Positions 22,301-30,531 of a stretch of 64,000 nt of DNA are shown in pieces. The stretch is from a virus (Duplodnaviria; Heunggongvirae; Uroviricota; Caudoviricetes). Under the pieces are notes generated by a model. That model saw nothing but the letters and a program-made list of their open reading frames with translations. It was not told where the DNA came from and did not search any database. The stretch is from IMG/VR virus record IMGVR_UViG_3300025896_000021; one strand, 5' to 3'. Made by a program: the position numbers and the translations under genes. Positions within the stretch are counted from its first letter, which is position 1; every line of letters begins with the position of its first letter.

Positions 22301-22874
22301 TATAAACGGTCGCGTGGCAAGTCAACATGCAGCAGCTAACGCGAGCAATACGCCTTGGTACTTCTTGGTCAATGCTAAACTTAAGGTTAATGCTAAGTTT
22401 GATTTTGATTGGCAACCAGACAGACTACAGATTCCCAAGCACTATATATTTACTGCAACTAACCCGGTTAACCACTTAGAGTACGGACATCAAGCTATAG
22501 TTGCTAATAATAAGAACATTACGCTTAACACTATAGCTAAAGGTTTAGACTTTACTATGGATGGGGAACATGAAGTTATCAAGCTAAACAGTGGTATAGG
22601 TATGTATAATACTAGTGCGTGGGACACATGGCGTACTAGTTTCCGTGAAACTTTGAAACTAAAGGCATATACTGAAAAGAACGATGACTTAGAAGCTAAG
22701 TTCAGATTAAGTTCATGGTTAAACTTAGGTGACGGTGATTTTGGAAATGTTAGTATGGATGCAGCACTAGATGCTTGTCGCTACTATGAATCTGTTAACG
22801 GCGAATTAGAAAAGCTACGACTTAGTTATGACTGGGCATGGCTGCGCTGCCACTACGATAAACTATATCCATAA
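19380..22874 (+). CDS. Large multi-repeat protein with C-terminal GT2-like domain
   Basis: FDFxWRPDP repeats; C-terminal VDGING...WRTSFRETLKL resembles 8517..9464. Confidence 0.7.
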   Translation: MLRDVFYFGNKPHAHPREQHATDLAHARSLSTTEHFWVITECSDYQNFDWDWDFEFLPDEDAWTSDFNNVWPSEFDKDSGTWLCTELDVDTFIYRTDVSPIKLKNQSWKFLSPIDMSSIDVLWRPDPNESPYIYTWGNKHVPAEVEPTLEYHVKTATDRKYMGNVQVFPQWDRWTESIKVDKATFDFTWRPDPTSPPYIYVWGNKYDAAEIKPTVEYKVPGATEKKYMGIVDLEPEWDRWNEFIKVDKTTFDMSWRPDPNLHEPPYVYVWGNIYDPAEVKPTIQYLVPGATEVKYMGTVDLAPEWDRWTEHLLVDRTTFDFSWRPDPNLHEPPYIYVWGNKFHSAEQKTTIEYIVPGATEKKYMGIADLAPEWDRWNELIAVDKNSFDFRWRPDPNLHEPPLVYVFGNKWNDSKTEPTLEYVVPGATIKKYMDYPVALPKIDMSLWTVNNSEDLQTFDFSWRPNPHSQPQIYQWVNNGPRYTQPAATEVVLMEYEDSNREGIVNRYSIKTTLEELINEHPDEVFWVLNPDLTYDKFDFSWRPTNENFRHINTFGNEFSKNTQTYYINGPMYKLGHREINYVVDQTVAIETNLSMFYIDRGNGGDRYDALKIRYPQLQKTRYLNSWVETIQRCCNKSESKLFWVVNSELEYGGFMFDFYPSPWQMDMVHVFGTQWSHWGNTYLVNKDTFEESTKYVKVIEHLNILNFVKTKRAQAVEVLYDIVYIDHSNLSDTDLSDITHEGRLIVKYDTSYLDTLKTIVKSLPVKKEHYVWVVSTICEYFQFDFTYMCDPYAKDQLHVFPSDKQKFGDTFLIDVNKLRTLIDGMVVLEDYVKINYNQHQRAKRLPAPIFINEKDTHVSITDFDFNWPYATILSADNKEIRVTNDEPMSLWTPETKNITVHSTGGTYITVPKEAKNYVKKELYDYPYIKRVDKLVYSNPLDIVFFSNGEANADENYEHLLFMTGDLANRVIRVDGINGRVASQHAAANASNTPWYFLVNAKLKVNAKFDFDWQPDRLQIPKHYIFTATNPVNHLEYGHQAIVANNKNITLNTIAKGLDFTMDGEHEVIKLNSGIGMYNTSAWDTWRTSFRETLKLKAYTEKNDDLEAKFRLSSWLNLGDGDFGNVSMDAALDACRYYESVNGELEKLRLSYDWAWLRCHYDKLYP
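19700..20780 (+). repeat. About five tandem 66-68 aa repeats (198-204 bp)
   Basis: TGGGATAGATGG recurs at 19890, 20088, 20292 and 20496; boundaries approximate. Confidence 0.85.
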
Positions 22875-22931
22875 TATTATCATCATCTGATAAATTTGTA
22901 GTACTATAGATAAATAGTAGTACAACAGAGG

Positions 22932-24071
22932 ATGATAATAAAAATGAAAAGAATTCTCATTGTCAGCGCCGTCATGGCTATGGCAATAACCACCCAAGCT
23001 CAGACAACATACGATTCAAAAACCCTAGTTGATACTAATAGCACTAGTACCAGCACGGTTAACACCAACAACGTTAACTCGGGTACAGTGACCAACATCA
23101 ATCAAACGACAGTTGGTAGCACTAGTACTAATACTAACAACAATAATAACGTTAGTACAGGTTCAATGACTAACAACAATAACAACGTTAATAGCGGTAG
23201 TATGACGTACAACAATAACAATGTTAACACTGGCACAACTACTAGTAATAACAACAACGTTAATACCAATGTTAATAGCGGTAGTATGACGTACAACAAT
23301 AACAACGTTAACACTGGCACAACTACTAGTAATAGCAACAACGTTAATGCTAGTACCAATGTCAACACAAACAACAACGTTAACAGCGGGTCAATGACAT
23401 ACACTAACAATAATGTTAATAGTGGATCAATGACTAATAACAATGTTAATTCGTCAACGGCTACTACTTCAAATACTAACAACAATATTAACAGCGGTAC
23501 AATGACTAATAACAATAACAATGTTACGGCCACTACTGCTGCAACGACCAACGCAAATACGAATAATAACGTGAACACTGGTAACATGACAAATAACAAT
23601 GTCAACAGTGGCGACATGACCAACCGTAATATTAACGAGTCTACTATTACACAAAAAATCATTCAGCCACCGCCAACAGCAGTTGCGCCTGCAATGATGA
23701 GTGGTGGCAATGCTGACCTATGCACCACAGGCACAAGTGGAAGTGTACAAACACAAATCTTTGGTGTTTCAACTGGTGGTACAGTGCGTGATATGAATTG
23801 CGAACGACTAAAATTATCTAAGACCTTATACGACATGGGCATGAAGGTAGCAGCAGTTGCTACTATGTGTCAAGACCGTAGAGTATTTGACGCTATGCTA
23901 GCGGCTGGTACCCCTTGCCCGTACGAAGGCAAAATTGGTGAAGCAGCTAAAACACAATGGGAAGCTAACCCAGAAAAGTTACCTAAAATAGATGAGGCAA
24001 AAGATGATGACACTGCTAAGAAAATCGGCTTGGGCGCTTTGCTTGGCGCTGCTGTTTTCAAATTATTCTAA
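22932..24071 (+). CDS. Secreted Asn/Thr-rich repeat protein with Cys-containing C-terminal domain
   Basis: Signal peptide; NNNNVNSGSMT repeats; PPPTAVAP...CERLKLSK...MCQD. Confidence 0.75.
   Translation: MIIKMKRILIVSAVMAMAITTQAQTTYDSKTLVDTNSTSTSTVNTNNVNSGTVTNINQTTVGSTSTNTNNNNNVSTGSMTNNNNNVNSGSMTYNNNNVNTGTTTSNNNNVNTNVNSGSMTYNNNNVNTGTTTSNSNNVNASTNVNTNNNVNSGSMTYTNNNVNSGSMTNNNVNSSTATTSNTNNNINSGTMTNNNNNVTATTAATTNANTNNNVNTGNMTNNNVNSGDMTNRNINESTITQKIIQPPPTAVAPAMMSGGNADLCTTGTSGSVQTQIFGVSTGGTVRDMNCERLKLSKTLYDMGMKVAAVATMCQDRRVFDAMLAAGTPCPYEGKIGEAAKTQWEANPEKLPKIDEAKDDDTAKKIGLGALLGAAVFKLF
23030..23640 (+). repeat. Low-complexity Asn-rich repeats (NNNVNSGSMT)
   Basis: Near-exact duplication starting at 23187 and 23271. 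Confidence 0.85.
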
Positions 24072-25767
24072 AGCAGATGTAGTCACCGTTCCAATTGGGA
24101 ACGGTTTATCTGTCAACGTCACCACCGGAGCTAGTACACCGGCATTGCAATATCTTAATAATAATGCTTCTGCTACACAGGTTAACTTAGGTGATGATGG
24201 AACTACCACTGTTCCACTACAATTTCAATTTTCTTATTTTGGTAAGACATTCGGTACATCTTGGATGCACAGTAACGGAGTTGTTAGTTTCCAAGATCCG
24301 GGGACTACAGGAAATTTCTGTTGCTCAGGCGAAGTGTTAAACAATAATACTAGCAGTCGTTATAACTATGCAGTCATGCCGTTATGGACTGATTTGATTG
24401 GGCAAACAGGTAGAAATACATTTTACCTTAGTTCTGCTGATTCTATTACATACGGGTGGTACGGAACTAGCCAGTATGGTAATGGCAATAACAAAAGCAG
24501 TTTTGAGGTGAAACTAGATAGTGCGGGCGCAGTTGATATGCGATGGGGTGCGTCTGTGATAAGTAATGCAACAGTTACTATGGGCTTTACTGGCGATCTA
24601 AGTAAAGGTCAATTCTATCAATATTACAATGGAAATAATGTAGCTGTCGGTAACCTTGGTGTGTCTTTTAATGGAGTCAAGATAGCTGATCCGATTGTAC
24701 CGGTTGTTAAAGCACCTGCTGCTGCGGTCGTGTATACTATTGCATCAGGAACTACGATTGCAACGGTTGATTCAAGTTCAGCTCCTACTACCGCAGTTAG
24801 TGTAGGTGGAGTACAGTTATCAACAACTGGTGAAATTGCTGCGCCCGATAATATACCGCAAGCACTACGAGATGTAGTTGCATCAGTTGCTGCATCTTCT
24901 ACACCAACTGCGTCTGTCACTGCAACTACAACTGATCCAGTAAAATCAGAATCAAACAAAGCTGGACCTAGCGTTACCGTTATGAATGCTGTAAAACAAA
25001 TTCAAGCTGCCGATAAAGCCGTGCAAACTAAAGCAGTTCAAAATGCTAATCAGCAAATAGCAATAAGTTCTAGCAAAGCACAAGAGCAAGCTATGGCAAC
25101 AGTAGACACACTAAATGCAATGAGTGCGTCTAGTGTGCAGACTAGTGGTTCAGCTAACTCTCAATCTAGTTCGCAATTAGGCGGATTGATAGCACCACAA
25201 GCATCTTCACAGCAATCAAAACAACTTAATTCTCAGAGCAACACTCAGCAGTTATCAATGTTTCAATCTTATCAACCAGTGACGCAATCGTTACTGCAGG
25301 TGTACATTCCGCCCGTTGTACAAGAAACACAACCAGTTGTTAATTTAGGATTGCCTATGATATTGCCAAAGAGTCCTACCCTGTTTAATAACAATCAGTC
25401 AAGTTCTGCACAGAATGAAATTCCAGTTGTAGCGTCTGCTAGTATATCTACTAGAGGCAATGTAGTGAATGAAGTAAATGAATTCAAGCCAACAATTGAA
25501 TCATTCCAAAGTGAAATGAAAACTGATGCAGTGAACAAAAGTGTGCAGCAAAATGATCTAGCAGGTGGAGTTAGTATTGCAGCAATGGCAGTACAACCAA
25601 AAGGATATGAACTGTATTCATTTGTAATTAAGGATGCAGGATTTTATGCACCAAAAGACATATATAGCAATCAAACTACTGTAGACAATGCCCGCGCATT
25701 ACGACAGTTAGGTAGCGATAGATTACACCGAGCGATGGTGGATCAACAATTTAAGATAGGAGAATAA
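24004..25767 (+). CDS. Secreted protein with NIDO-like N-terminal domain and Ser/Gln-rich C-terminus
   Basis: Signal peptide; DD...F-x-YFG...SNGVVSF...PLWTDL. Confidence 0.6.
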   Translation: MMTLLRKSAWALCLALLFSNYSKADVVTVPIGNGLSVNVTTGASTPALQYLNNNASATQVNLGDDGTTTVPLQFQFSYFGKTFGTSWMHSNGVVSFQDPGTTGNFCCSGEVLNNNTSSRYNYAVMPLWTDLIGQTGRNTFYLSSADSITYGWYGTSQYGNGNNKSSFEVKLDSAGAVDMRWGASVISNATVTMGFTGDLSKGQFYQYYNGNNVAVGNLGVSFNGVKIADPIVPVVKAPAAAVVYTIASGTTIATVDSSSAPTTAVSVGGVQLSTTGEIAAPDNIPQALRDVVASVAASSTPTASVTATTTDPVKSESNKAGPSVTVMNAVKQIQAADKAVQTKAVQNANQQIAISSSKAQEQAMATVDTLNAMSASSVQTSGSANSQSSSQLGGLIAPQASSQQSKQLNSQSNTQQLSMFQSYQPVTQSLLQVYIPPVVQETQPVVNLGLPMILPKSPTLFNNNQSSSAQNEIPVVASASISTRGNVVNEVNEFKPTIESFQSEMKTDAVNKSVQQNDLAGGVSIAAMAVQPKGYELYSFVIKDAGFYAPKDIYSNQTTVDNARALRQLGSDRLHRAMVDQQFKIGE

Positions 25768-25768
25768 A

Positions 25769-25909
25769 ATGGGAGCATCGGCATTTGCGTTAGGATTCTT
25801 TATTGCCCTGGGAGGCTGGACTGCCAGCAAGGTCACTAAACAAGTGGATACTATAATAGATCCGCCAAAAATAGAAAAAATAGAAAAAATAGAAAAAAAG
25901 GAAGAATAA
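25769..25909 (+). CDS. Small membrane protein (46 aa) with KIE x3 tail
   Basis: AGGAG RBS; hydrophobic N-terminus; AAAATAGAA x3 at 25868-25894. Confidence 0.65.
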   Translation: MGASAFALGFFIALGGWTASKVTKQVDTIIDPPKIEKIEKIEKKEE

Positions 25910-25910
25910 A

Positions 25911-26498
25911 ATGACAGAAGAAATTAAAGACGTTAATGCTAAGATTGACGATATGGAAGCAGCAGCAAAAAAATATGCCAGTAAGGATACAGTCATTAGT
26001 ATTGGAGGATATGAATTTACTCCTGCTAAACTAATGGTTGCGTTCACACTAGTATCATCCTTGTTGGGTGGACTGTATGGTGCATTTGAAGTTTACAAAG
26101 ACTATCAAGGTATGAAGAAGAAGATATCTGAATACTCGGCACCAGACTTATCAGGATTTGATAAGCGTCTAGCAGTGATTGAAGAAACATCTGGTAAGAC
26201 TGCTGATTACACTCGTGATATTAAGAATGATCTTAAGACTGATATCCGTCGTAACGAAACAGTTACTGAACAAGTTGAACGCAGTGTTAAAACAGCCCAA
26301 CGTGAATCAGAAGGTGAGATGCGTGATATGCGTAAGGGTGTTAGAGAAGACCTAGACAAAGCTCGTGCAGAAGCAGCAGCAGTGCGTACTGAAATGGCAC
26401 AGGCACGTAGAGAGATTGGCAAGGAAGTGGAACAATTGAAGAAAGAGATTGACCAAAAGATACAGAAAGCTATTGACAATCCTTTAGCAAACAAGTAA
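25911..26498 (+). CDS. Membrane-anchored coiled-coil protein
   Basis: One TM segment followed by a heptad-rich region. Confidence 0.7.
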   Translation: MTEEIKDVNAKIDDMEAAAKKYASKDTVISIGGYEFTPAKLMVAFTLVSSLLGGLYGAFEVYKDYQGMKKKISEYSAPDLSGFDKRLAVIEETSGKTADYTRDIKNDLKTDIRRNETVTEQVERSVKTAQRESEGEMRDMRKGVREDLDKARAEAAAVRTEMAQARREIGKEVEQLKKEIDQKIQKAIDNPLANK

Positions 26499-26511
26499 AC
26501 TATACTAAATA

Positions 26512-26581
26512 AGAGTTATTGTTGTATGAAGTAGATTGAAAAGGATTCAAGACGCGGGTTCGAATCCCGCCAGGTCCACCA
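26512..26581 (+). ncRNA. ssrA: Two-piece (permuted) tmRNA, acceptor piece
   Basis: T-arm GCGGG-TTCGAAT-CCCGC (26554-26570), acceptor 3' strand CAGGTCC, discriminator A, CCA (26579-26581); 5' boundary inferred. Confidence 0.88.
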
Positions 26582-26592
26582 TAAGGAAGTTT

Positions 26593-26742
26593 ATGAAAAG
26601 CATATATCATGGCACAGCAGGTGCCAACGCAAAACTTAAAGGTAAAAAATTTAAACTTTTGTCATGTGGTTGTTGTGTATTGTTCAACCTAAAATGGGAA
26701 GAACGTATGAAAGAAGCAAAGAAAGAAATAAAATCTTTATGA
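26593..26742 (+). CDS. 49-aa basic SCGCC protein inside the tmRNA intervening segment
   Basis: AAGGA RBS just after CCA; TGA ends 1 nt before tmRNA G1. Confidence 0.7.
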   Translation: MKSIYHGTAGANAKLKGKKFKLLSCGCCVLFNLKWEERMKEAKKEIKSL

Positions 26743-26743
26743 T

Positions 26744-26962
26744 GGGCCTGCTCCGGTAATCGATTGGGTCAAGAGTAGAGAAATGGACAACTCGGCAATG
26801 TAGAAGCCGTAGGATTAGGGTAACTTTAGTCGCTATGCCCATAGCATAGAAAGACGGAGCCTGGTCGTAGACACAAAAAACCATAAATGCAAACGATTCA
26901 GTTTACGCATTGGCTGCTTAAATGACGCCTAGGGTAGTTATACCTCGTAACAGAAAATAACA
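26744..26962 (+). ncRNA. ssrA: Two-piece (permuted) tmRNA, coding piece; tag (A)NDSVYALAA
   Basis: 5' GGGCCTG pairs with CAGGTCC including G3.U70; tag frame 26889-26921; TTGGGTC pairs with GATTCAA; 3' boundary inferred. Confidence 0.9.
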
Positions 26963-26964
26963 AA

Positions 26965-26986
26965 GAAAGGCTCTTCGGAGCCTTTC
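26965..26986 (+). terminator. Stem-loop after tmRNA
   Basis: GAAAGGCTC-TTCG-GAGCCTTTC. Confidence 0.75.
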
Positions 26987-27003
26987 CCCATATAAATACA
27001 GAT

Positions 27004-27672
27004 ATGATATACTTCAAAGAAACAGATTTAAAGTTTGCAGACGACATACAAGCAGAAGTCTTGGACATCTGTCACAATCGTCCTGAAGAATTAGTCATGC
27101 GCAATCCAGAGTGGCGCCGAATACTCAATGACACTCCCTACCGTGAAATAGAATCTTACATTGGCGTTAAAGCCGCACGTGAGATTAAGTTTCGACGCAT
27201 TGCTATGCTTAAGAAATTTAATGCACTAACGCAAATTAGTTTCTTACAGTACAGTTTACCGGATCGATTGAATGAGGCATTTAAAGATGCATGTCCTTCG
27301 TTCCTACCTAAGGATGAACTGATTCCGATTGTACAAATAAGTACAGGTGGAAGCATGTTGTATCCACATAAAGGTCATTTTAGAAAAGCAAGTTTATTCT
27401 GCTTGCTTGAAGGTGGAGATGAGATTACTAAATGGTGGAAAGAAACTACCCCGTTTGATCTAATTCCTGAGTATAGAATCCCGGATATAACCAAGTGCGA
27501 AGAAGCTGTTTCTACCGTGCTTAAAAAGAATGTGTGGACTTTGTTCAATCACTATGAATGGCATTCGGTGCATTCTTATAAAGAGAACATTGAGTTTCGT
27601 GTCAACTTGGGTGTTGATTTTAAAACACTATCTGCGGATCAAGTTTACGAGAAAATACAAAATCATGTTTAA
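27004..27672 (+). CDS. Putative cupin/2OG-Fe(II) oxygenase-like protein
   Basis: PHKGH...WHSVH...RVNLG; TATAAATA directly upstream. Confidence 0.45.
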   Translation: MIYFKETDLKFADDIQAEVLDICHNRPEELVMRNPEWRRILNDTPYREIESYIGVKAAREIKFRRIAMLKKFNALTQISFLQYSLPDRLNEAFKDACPSFLPKDELIPIVQISTGGSMLYPHKGHFRKASLFCLLEGGDEITKWWKETTPFDLIPEYRIPDITKCEEAVSTVLKKNVWTLFNHYEWHSVHSYKENIEFRVNLGVDFKTLSADQVYEKIQNHV

Positions 27673-28408
27673 AAATACAGTCCCCATTGACACTTCAATA
27701 TTTTATGTATGCTTTGCTGCATTACTATTCGGCTTTACTTTGCCAGTAACTGGTTGGTGGTGGATTTTAGCTATTGCTACCCACGTAGTAGTGATAACTA
27801 TCTTCAGTGCAGTTATTCATCGTTATTATTGCCATGATGCATACGAAGCAAATGGTAATGTTATGTTTTGGCTATCAGTCATAACTACAACTTACTTTTA
27901 TTCCAATCCTATTCAATGGCGGGTGTTGCACTCACGTCATCATGCATATAGTGATAAACCTAATGACCCTCATTTAAGGGGACTATCTGGTTTCTTTGGA
28001 CACGGCTATGCTACTACAAATCCAGAGACTAAGTTTATCAAAACTTCTATGAAACTAATTCGTGATAAGAGACTAGTATGGATAAACAATAATGCATTAC
28101 TAATGGGTGCTGCATGGGGATTATTTTTACTAGCATGCGGGTTCAACTGGTTCTTGTTTGCATTTGCTATACCAATCTTCACTAACCATCTATGTAATCG
28201 GTTACATAAACAATTTGCTCATGGTGGAATGGTTAATGCTGACGGGACAATCGGTGCAAAGAATCGTTGGTGGCTAGAGTACATCTTTCCTATGGGAGGT
28301 GAATGGATTCACCAACAACACCATGAAGTAAGCAATGAGCCCTATTATAAGACTAAGTGGTATCAACTAGACACCGGTGGCATGTTAGTTAAATTATTAA
28401 GGAGCTAA
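27665..28408 (+). CDS. Membrane fatty acid desaturase (delta-9-like)
   Basis: His boxes HRYYCH, HSRHH and GEWIHQQHH; TM segments. Confidence 0.85.
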   Translation: MFKNTVPIDTSIFYVCFAALLFGFTLPVTGWWWILAIATHVVVITIFSAVIHRYYCHDAYEANGNVMFWLSVITTTYFYSNPIQWRVLHSRHHAYSDKPNDPHLRGLSGFFGHGYATTNPETKFIKTSMKLIRDKRLVWINNNALLMGAAWGLFLLACGFNWFLFAFAIPIFTNHLCNRLHKQFAHGGMVNADGTIGAKNRWWLEYIFPMGGEWIHQQHHEVSNEPYYKTKWYQLDTGGMLVKLLRS

Positions 28409-28409
28409 C

Positions 28410-29096
28410 ATGCTTTCTGAGGCGAAGAGATTAGGGTTGGATGACCGACCTGCAGTCATGCAGCTAGTGAACAGCATATACGAGCATCTCAGTGTAGAAG
28501 AATTAGCTGATAAGGGGTATCCGGACTTGCGAGTAACACCTAACTCACCTAACGAAGTGAATACCTTCGACTACCGAAAAAAGAACTACCCGTTACAACA
28601 AGACTCTAATGCAGATTTTGTTGCACGATCTATATATTTTTCACGATACTTATCTGAGCCTACCCCCGGCATTCCTAAAAAAGTAACATATGGTATAATG
28701 AATGCCGACGGAGAGCTAACATCTGTTATGGGAGTATCGATATCAGATTACTGGCCAACATGGGTAGTTAACTGGGTGCTAAATTCACCAAAACATGAAA
28801 TTTCAGTTGCAGATAGTGTAAAAATCTTTTATAGTATAATTGAGTTGTACAAATCGCATGGCATACACGAGGCTACATGGGTTATGCCCAAGCATAGACT
28901 CCGTGCATGGATGAGAATAAAGCAAACAATGGAGAACCTAGTCACAGAATTAGGTATGCCGCTAAACGAATATGAACATATGACTGAGTACGTTGTGCCA
29001 GCTAACACTATTCCTCAATACTCTTTTATGTCAAGTTTAGTAGGAAACAGGACACACACTTACGACCTGTACATACGGCGTATAAAGTTCAAGTGA
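28410..29096 (+). CDS. Hypothetical protein (possible GNAT-like fold)
   Basis: AGGAG RBS; weak fold impression only. Confidence 0.55.
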   Translation: MLSEAKRLGLDDRPAVMQLVNSIYEHLSVEELADKGYPDLRVTPNSPNEVNTFDYRKKNYPLQQDSNADFVARSIYFSRYLSEPTPGIPKKVTYGIMNADGELTSVMGVSISDYWPTWVVNWVLNSPKHEISVADSVKIFYSIIELYKSHGIHEATWVMPKHRLRAWMRIKQTMENLVTELGMPLNEYEHMTEYVVPANTIPQYSFMSSLVGNRTHTYDLYIRRIKFK

Positions 29097-29196
29097 TTAA
29101 AATTTCTGGGCAAGCAAAACTTGCTTAAATATTATTCTGTATGTATAATGCAGAGAGATTCTGTAACGGGATCGCTTAACTAAAGGAAATTTAAAT

Positions 29197-30072
29197 ATGA
29201 AGAAAATCTTAATCGCCGGCGCAATGCTAGCAGCTATGGGAATCGCGCAAGCGCAAGTTACTGTTTATGGTAAAGTTCGCATGTACGAAGAAAGCACTAC
29301 AGTTGGAACTGCATCGGCAGTCACATCATTGACCAATGATTCAAGTCGTTTGGGCTTCAAAGGTACAGAGGCGCTAGGCAACGGTCTATCTGCAAACTTT
29401 CTCATTGAGACTACTGTTGCAGTTGACGCACCCTCAGCAACTACATTGGGCGACCGTGCAGCAACTTTTGGGTTGAGCAATTCGCTTGGATCAATTGCAG
29501 CAGGTCGTGACAAACACGCAGTTGCCAAGACTCTTGACAACTATGATGCTATGGGCAATGTGTTTGGTTCTAGCACCGCTGTTATTCACGCCGCACAAGG
29601 TACCCGCATTCAAAATGCAGTGTTCGTTTCGGCTACTCCAGTCAACGGATTGACTGTTAATTATCAAAATGCAAATAGTGAAGTAGCAGGTACTACTAAT
29701 AGTCAAGGCGCAAGCGTTGAATATGTAACTGGTCCAGTTTCGGCTACTATTGCTCGTTTTGATAACGGTACTACAAGTGCATCTAACATCTACGGTGCTA
29801 AGTTTAAATATTCAAACACTACGTTGTTTAGTATGTACTCCGATGATACAATTGCTGGTGTAAATTCTACTGGTAAGAGTATTGGTATCAATCAAGCTAT
29901 GGGTGCGGTTACTGCACTTGCAAGCTATGGTGAAAAAGAAGGTACTAAGGCTTATAACCTAGGTGCTACTTACGCTCTAAGCAAGAACACTAAGCTACAT
30001 GCTCGTTATGTTAAAGAAGTCGCCGCAGTTGACACTCAGAAAATTGGTGTCGGTATGGAACTGAATTTCTAA
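29197..30072 (+). CDS. Gram-negative trimeric porin (betaproteobacterial type)
   Basis: Signal peptide AQA-QVTVYG; SRLGFKGTEALGNGL; YALSKNT; terminal Phe. Confidence 0.92.
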   Translation: MKKILIAGAMLAAMGIAQAQVTVYGKVRMYEESTTVGTASAVTSLTNDSSRLGFKGTEALGNGLSANFLIETTVAVDAPSATTLGDRAATFGLSNSLGSIAAGRDKHAVAKTLDNYDAMGNVFGSSTAVIHAAQGTRIQNAVFVSATPVNGLTVNYQNANSEVAGTTNSQGASVEYVTGPVSATIARFDNGTTSASNIYGAKFKYSNTTLFSMYSDDTIAGVNSTGKSIGINQAMGAVTALASYGEKEGTKAYNLGATYALSKNTKLHARYVKEVAAVDTQKIGVGMELNF

Positions 30073-30086
30073 TCAATTAGAAATCT

Positions 30087-30113
30087 AAAAAGGGCAACTA
30101 GTTGCCCTTTTTT
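30087..30113 (+). terminator. Intrinsic terminator
   Basis: AAAAAGGGCAAC-TA-GTTGCCCTTTTTT. Confidence 0.8.
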
Positions 30114-30148
30114 GTTGGCTTTTACTCAGAAAAGATATATACTTAATT

Positions 30149-30436
30149 ATGAGCACTGAACAAGACAAAATCAAACATAGTAGGCGCATGTTGAAAGACG
30201 ATGCCGCAGTTAAGAAGCAAGTTGATATTGCTAAAGCACATGGCTTCCCTACAGGACCCGAACATAGATTAGCAAAAGTTCACGCAACAACCTGCGGTAA
30301 CCCTAACTGCGTAATGTGTGGTAACCCTCGCAAGTTTTGGGGTGAGAAGACTATACAAGAACAAAGATTGTTCCAAGATGTAGATCAGACTCCTGATAGA
30401 CATAGCAATGGTTTACCAAAAGATATTGACGAATAA
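30149..30436 (+). CDS. Hypothetical protein with CGNPNCVMCGNPR motif
   Basis: Cys motif; ORF. Confidence 0.7.
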   Translation: MSTEQDKIKHSRRMLKDDAAVKKQVDIAKAHGFPTGPEHRLAKVHATTCGNPNCVMCGNPRKFWGEKTIQEQRLFQDVDQTPDRHSNGLPKDIDE

Positions 30437-30531
30437 TAGTATTGTGTTATACTAAATACTATTGCTACACGGTGTAGCATTCAACTGTCTTTAAAAATAT
30501 GGTCTTAGACAGTGACCAGTAAAAGAAAAAT

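Noticed and set aside
23102-23662. 186-aa Leu/Val-rich minus-strand ORF
   Set aside because: Antisense shadow of the AAC/AAT Asn repeats.
26551-26581. Stand-alone tRNA gene or tRNA remnant used as att site
   Set aside because: No D-arm or anticodon arm upstream; the complementary acceptor strand is downstream at 26744 and is followed by a tmRNA tag.
26536-26742. 68-aa ORF starting at TTG 26536
   Set aside because: Runs through the tmRNA T-arm; the RBS supports ATG 26593.
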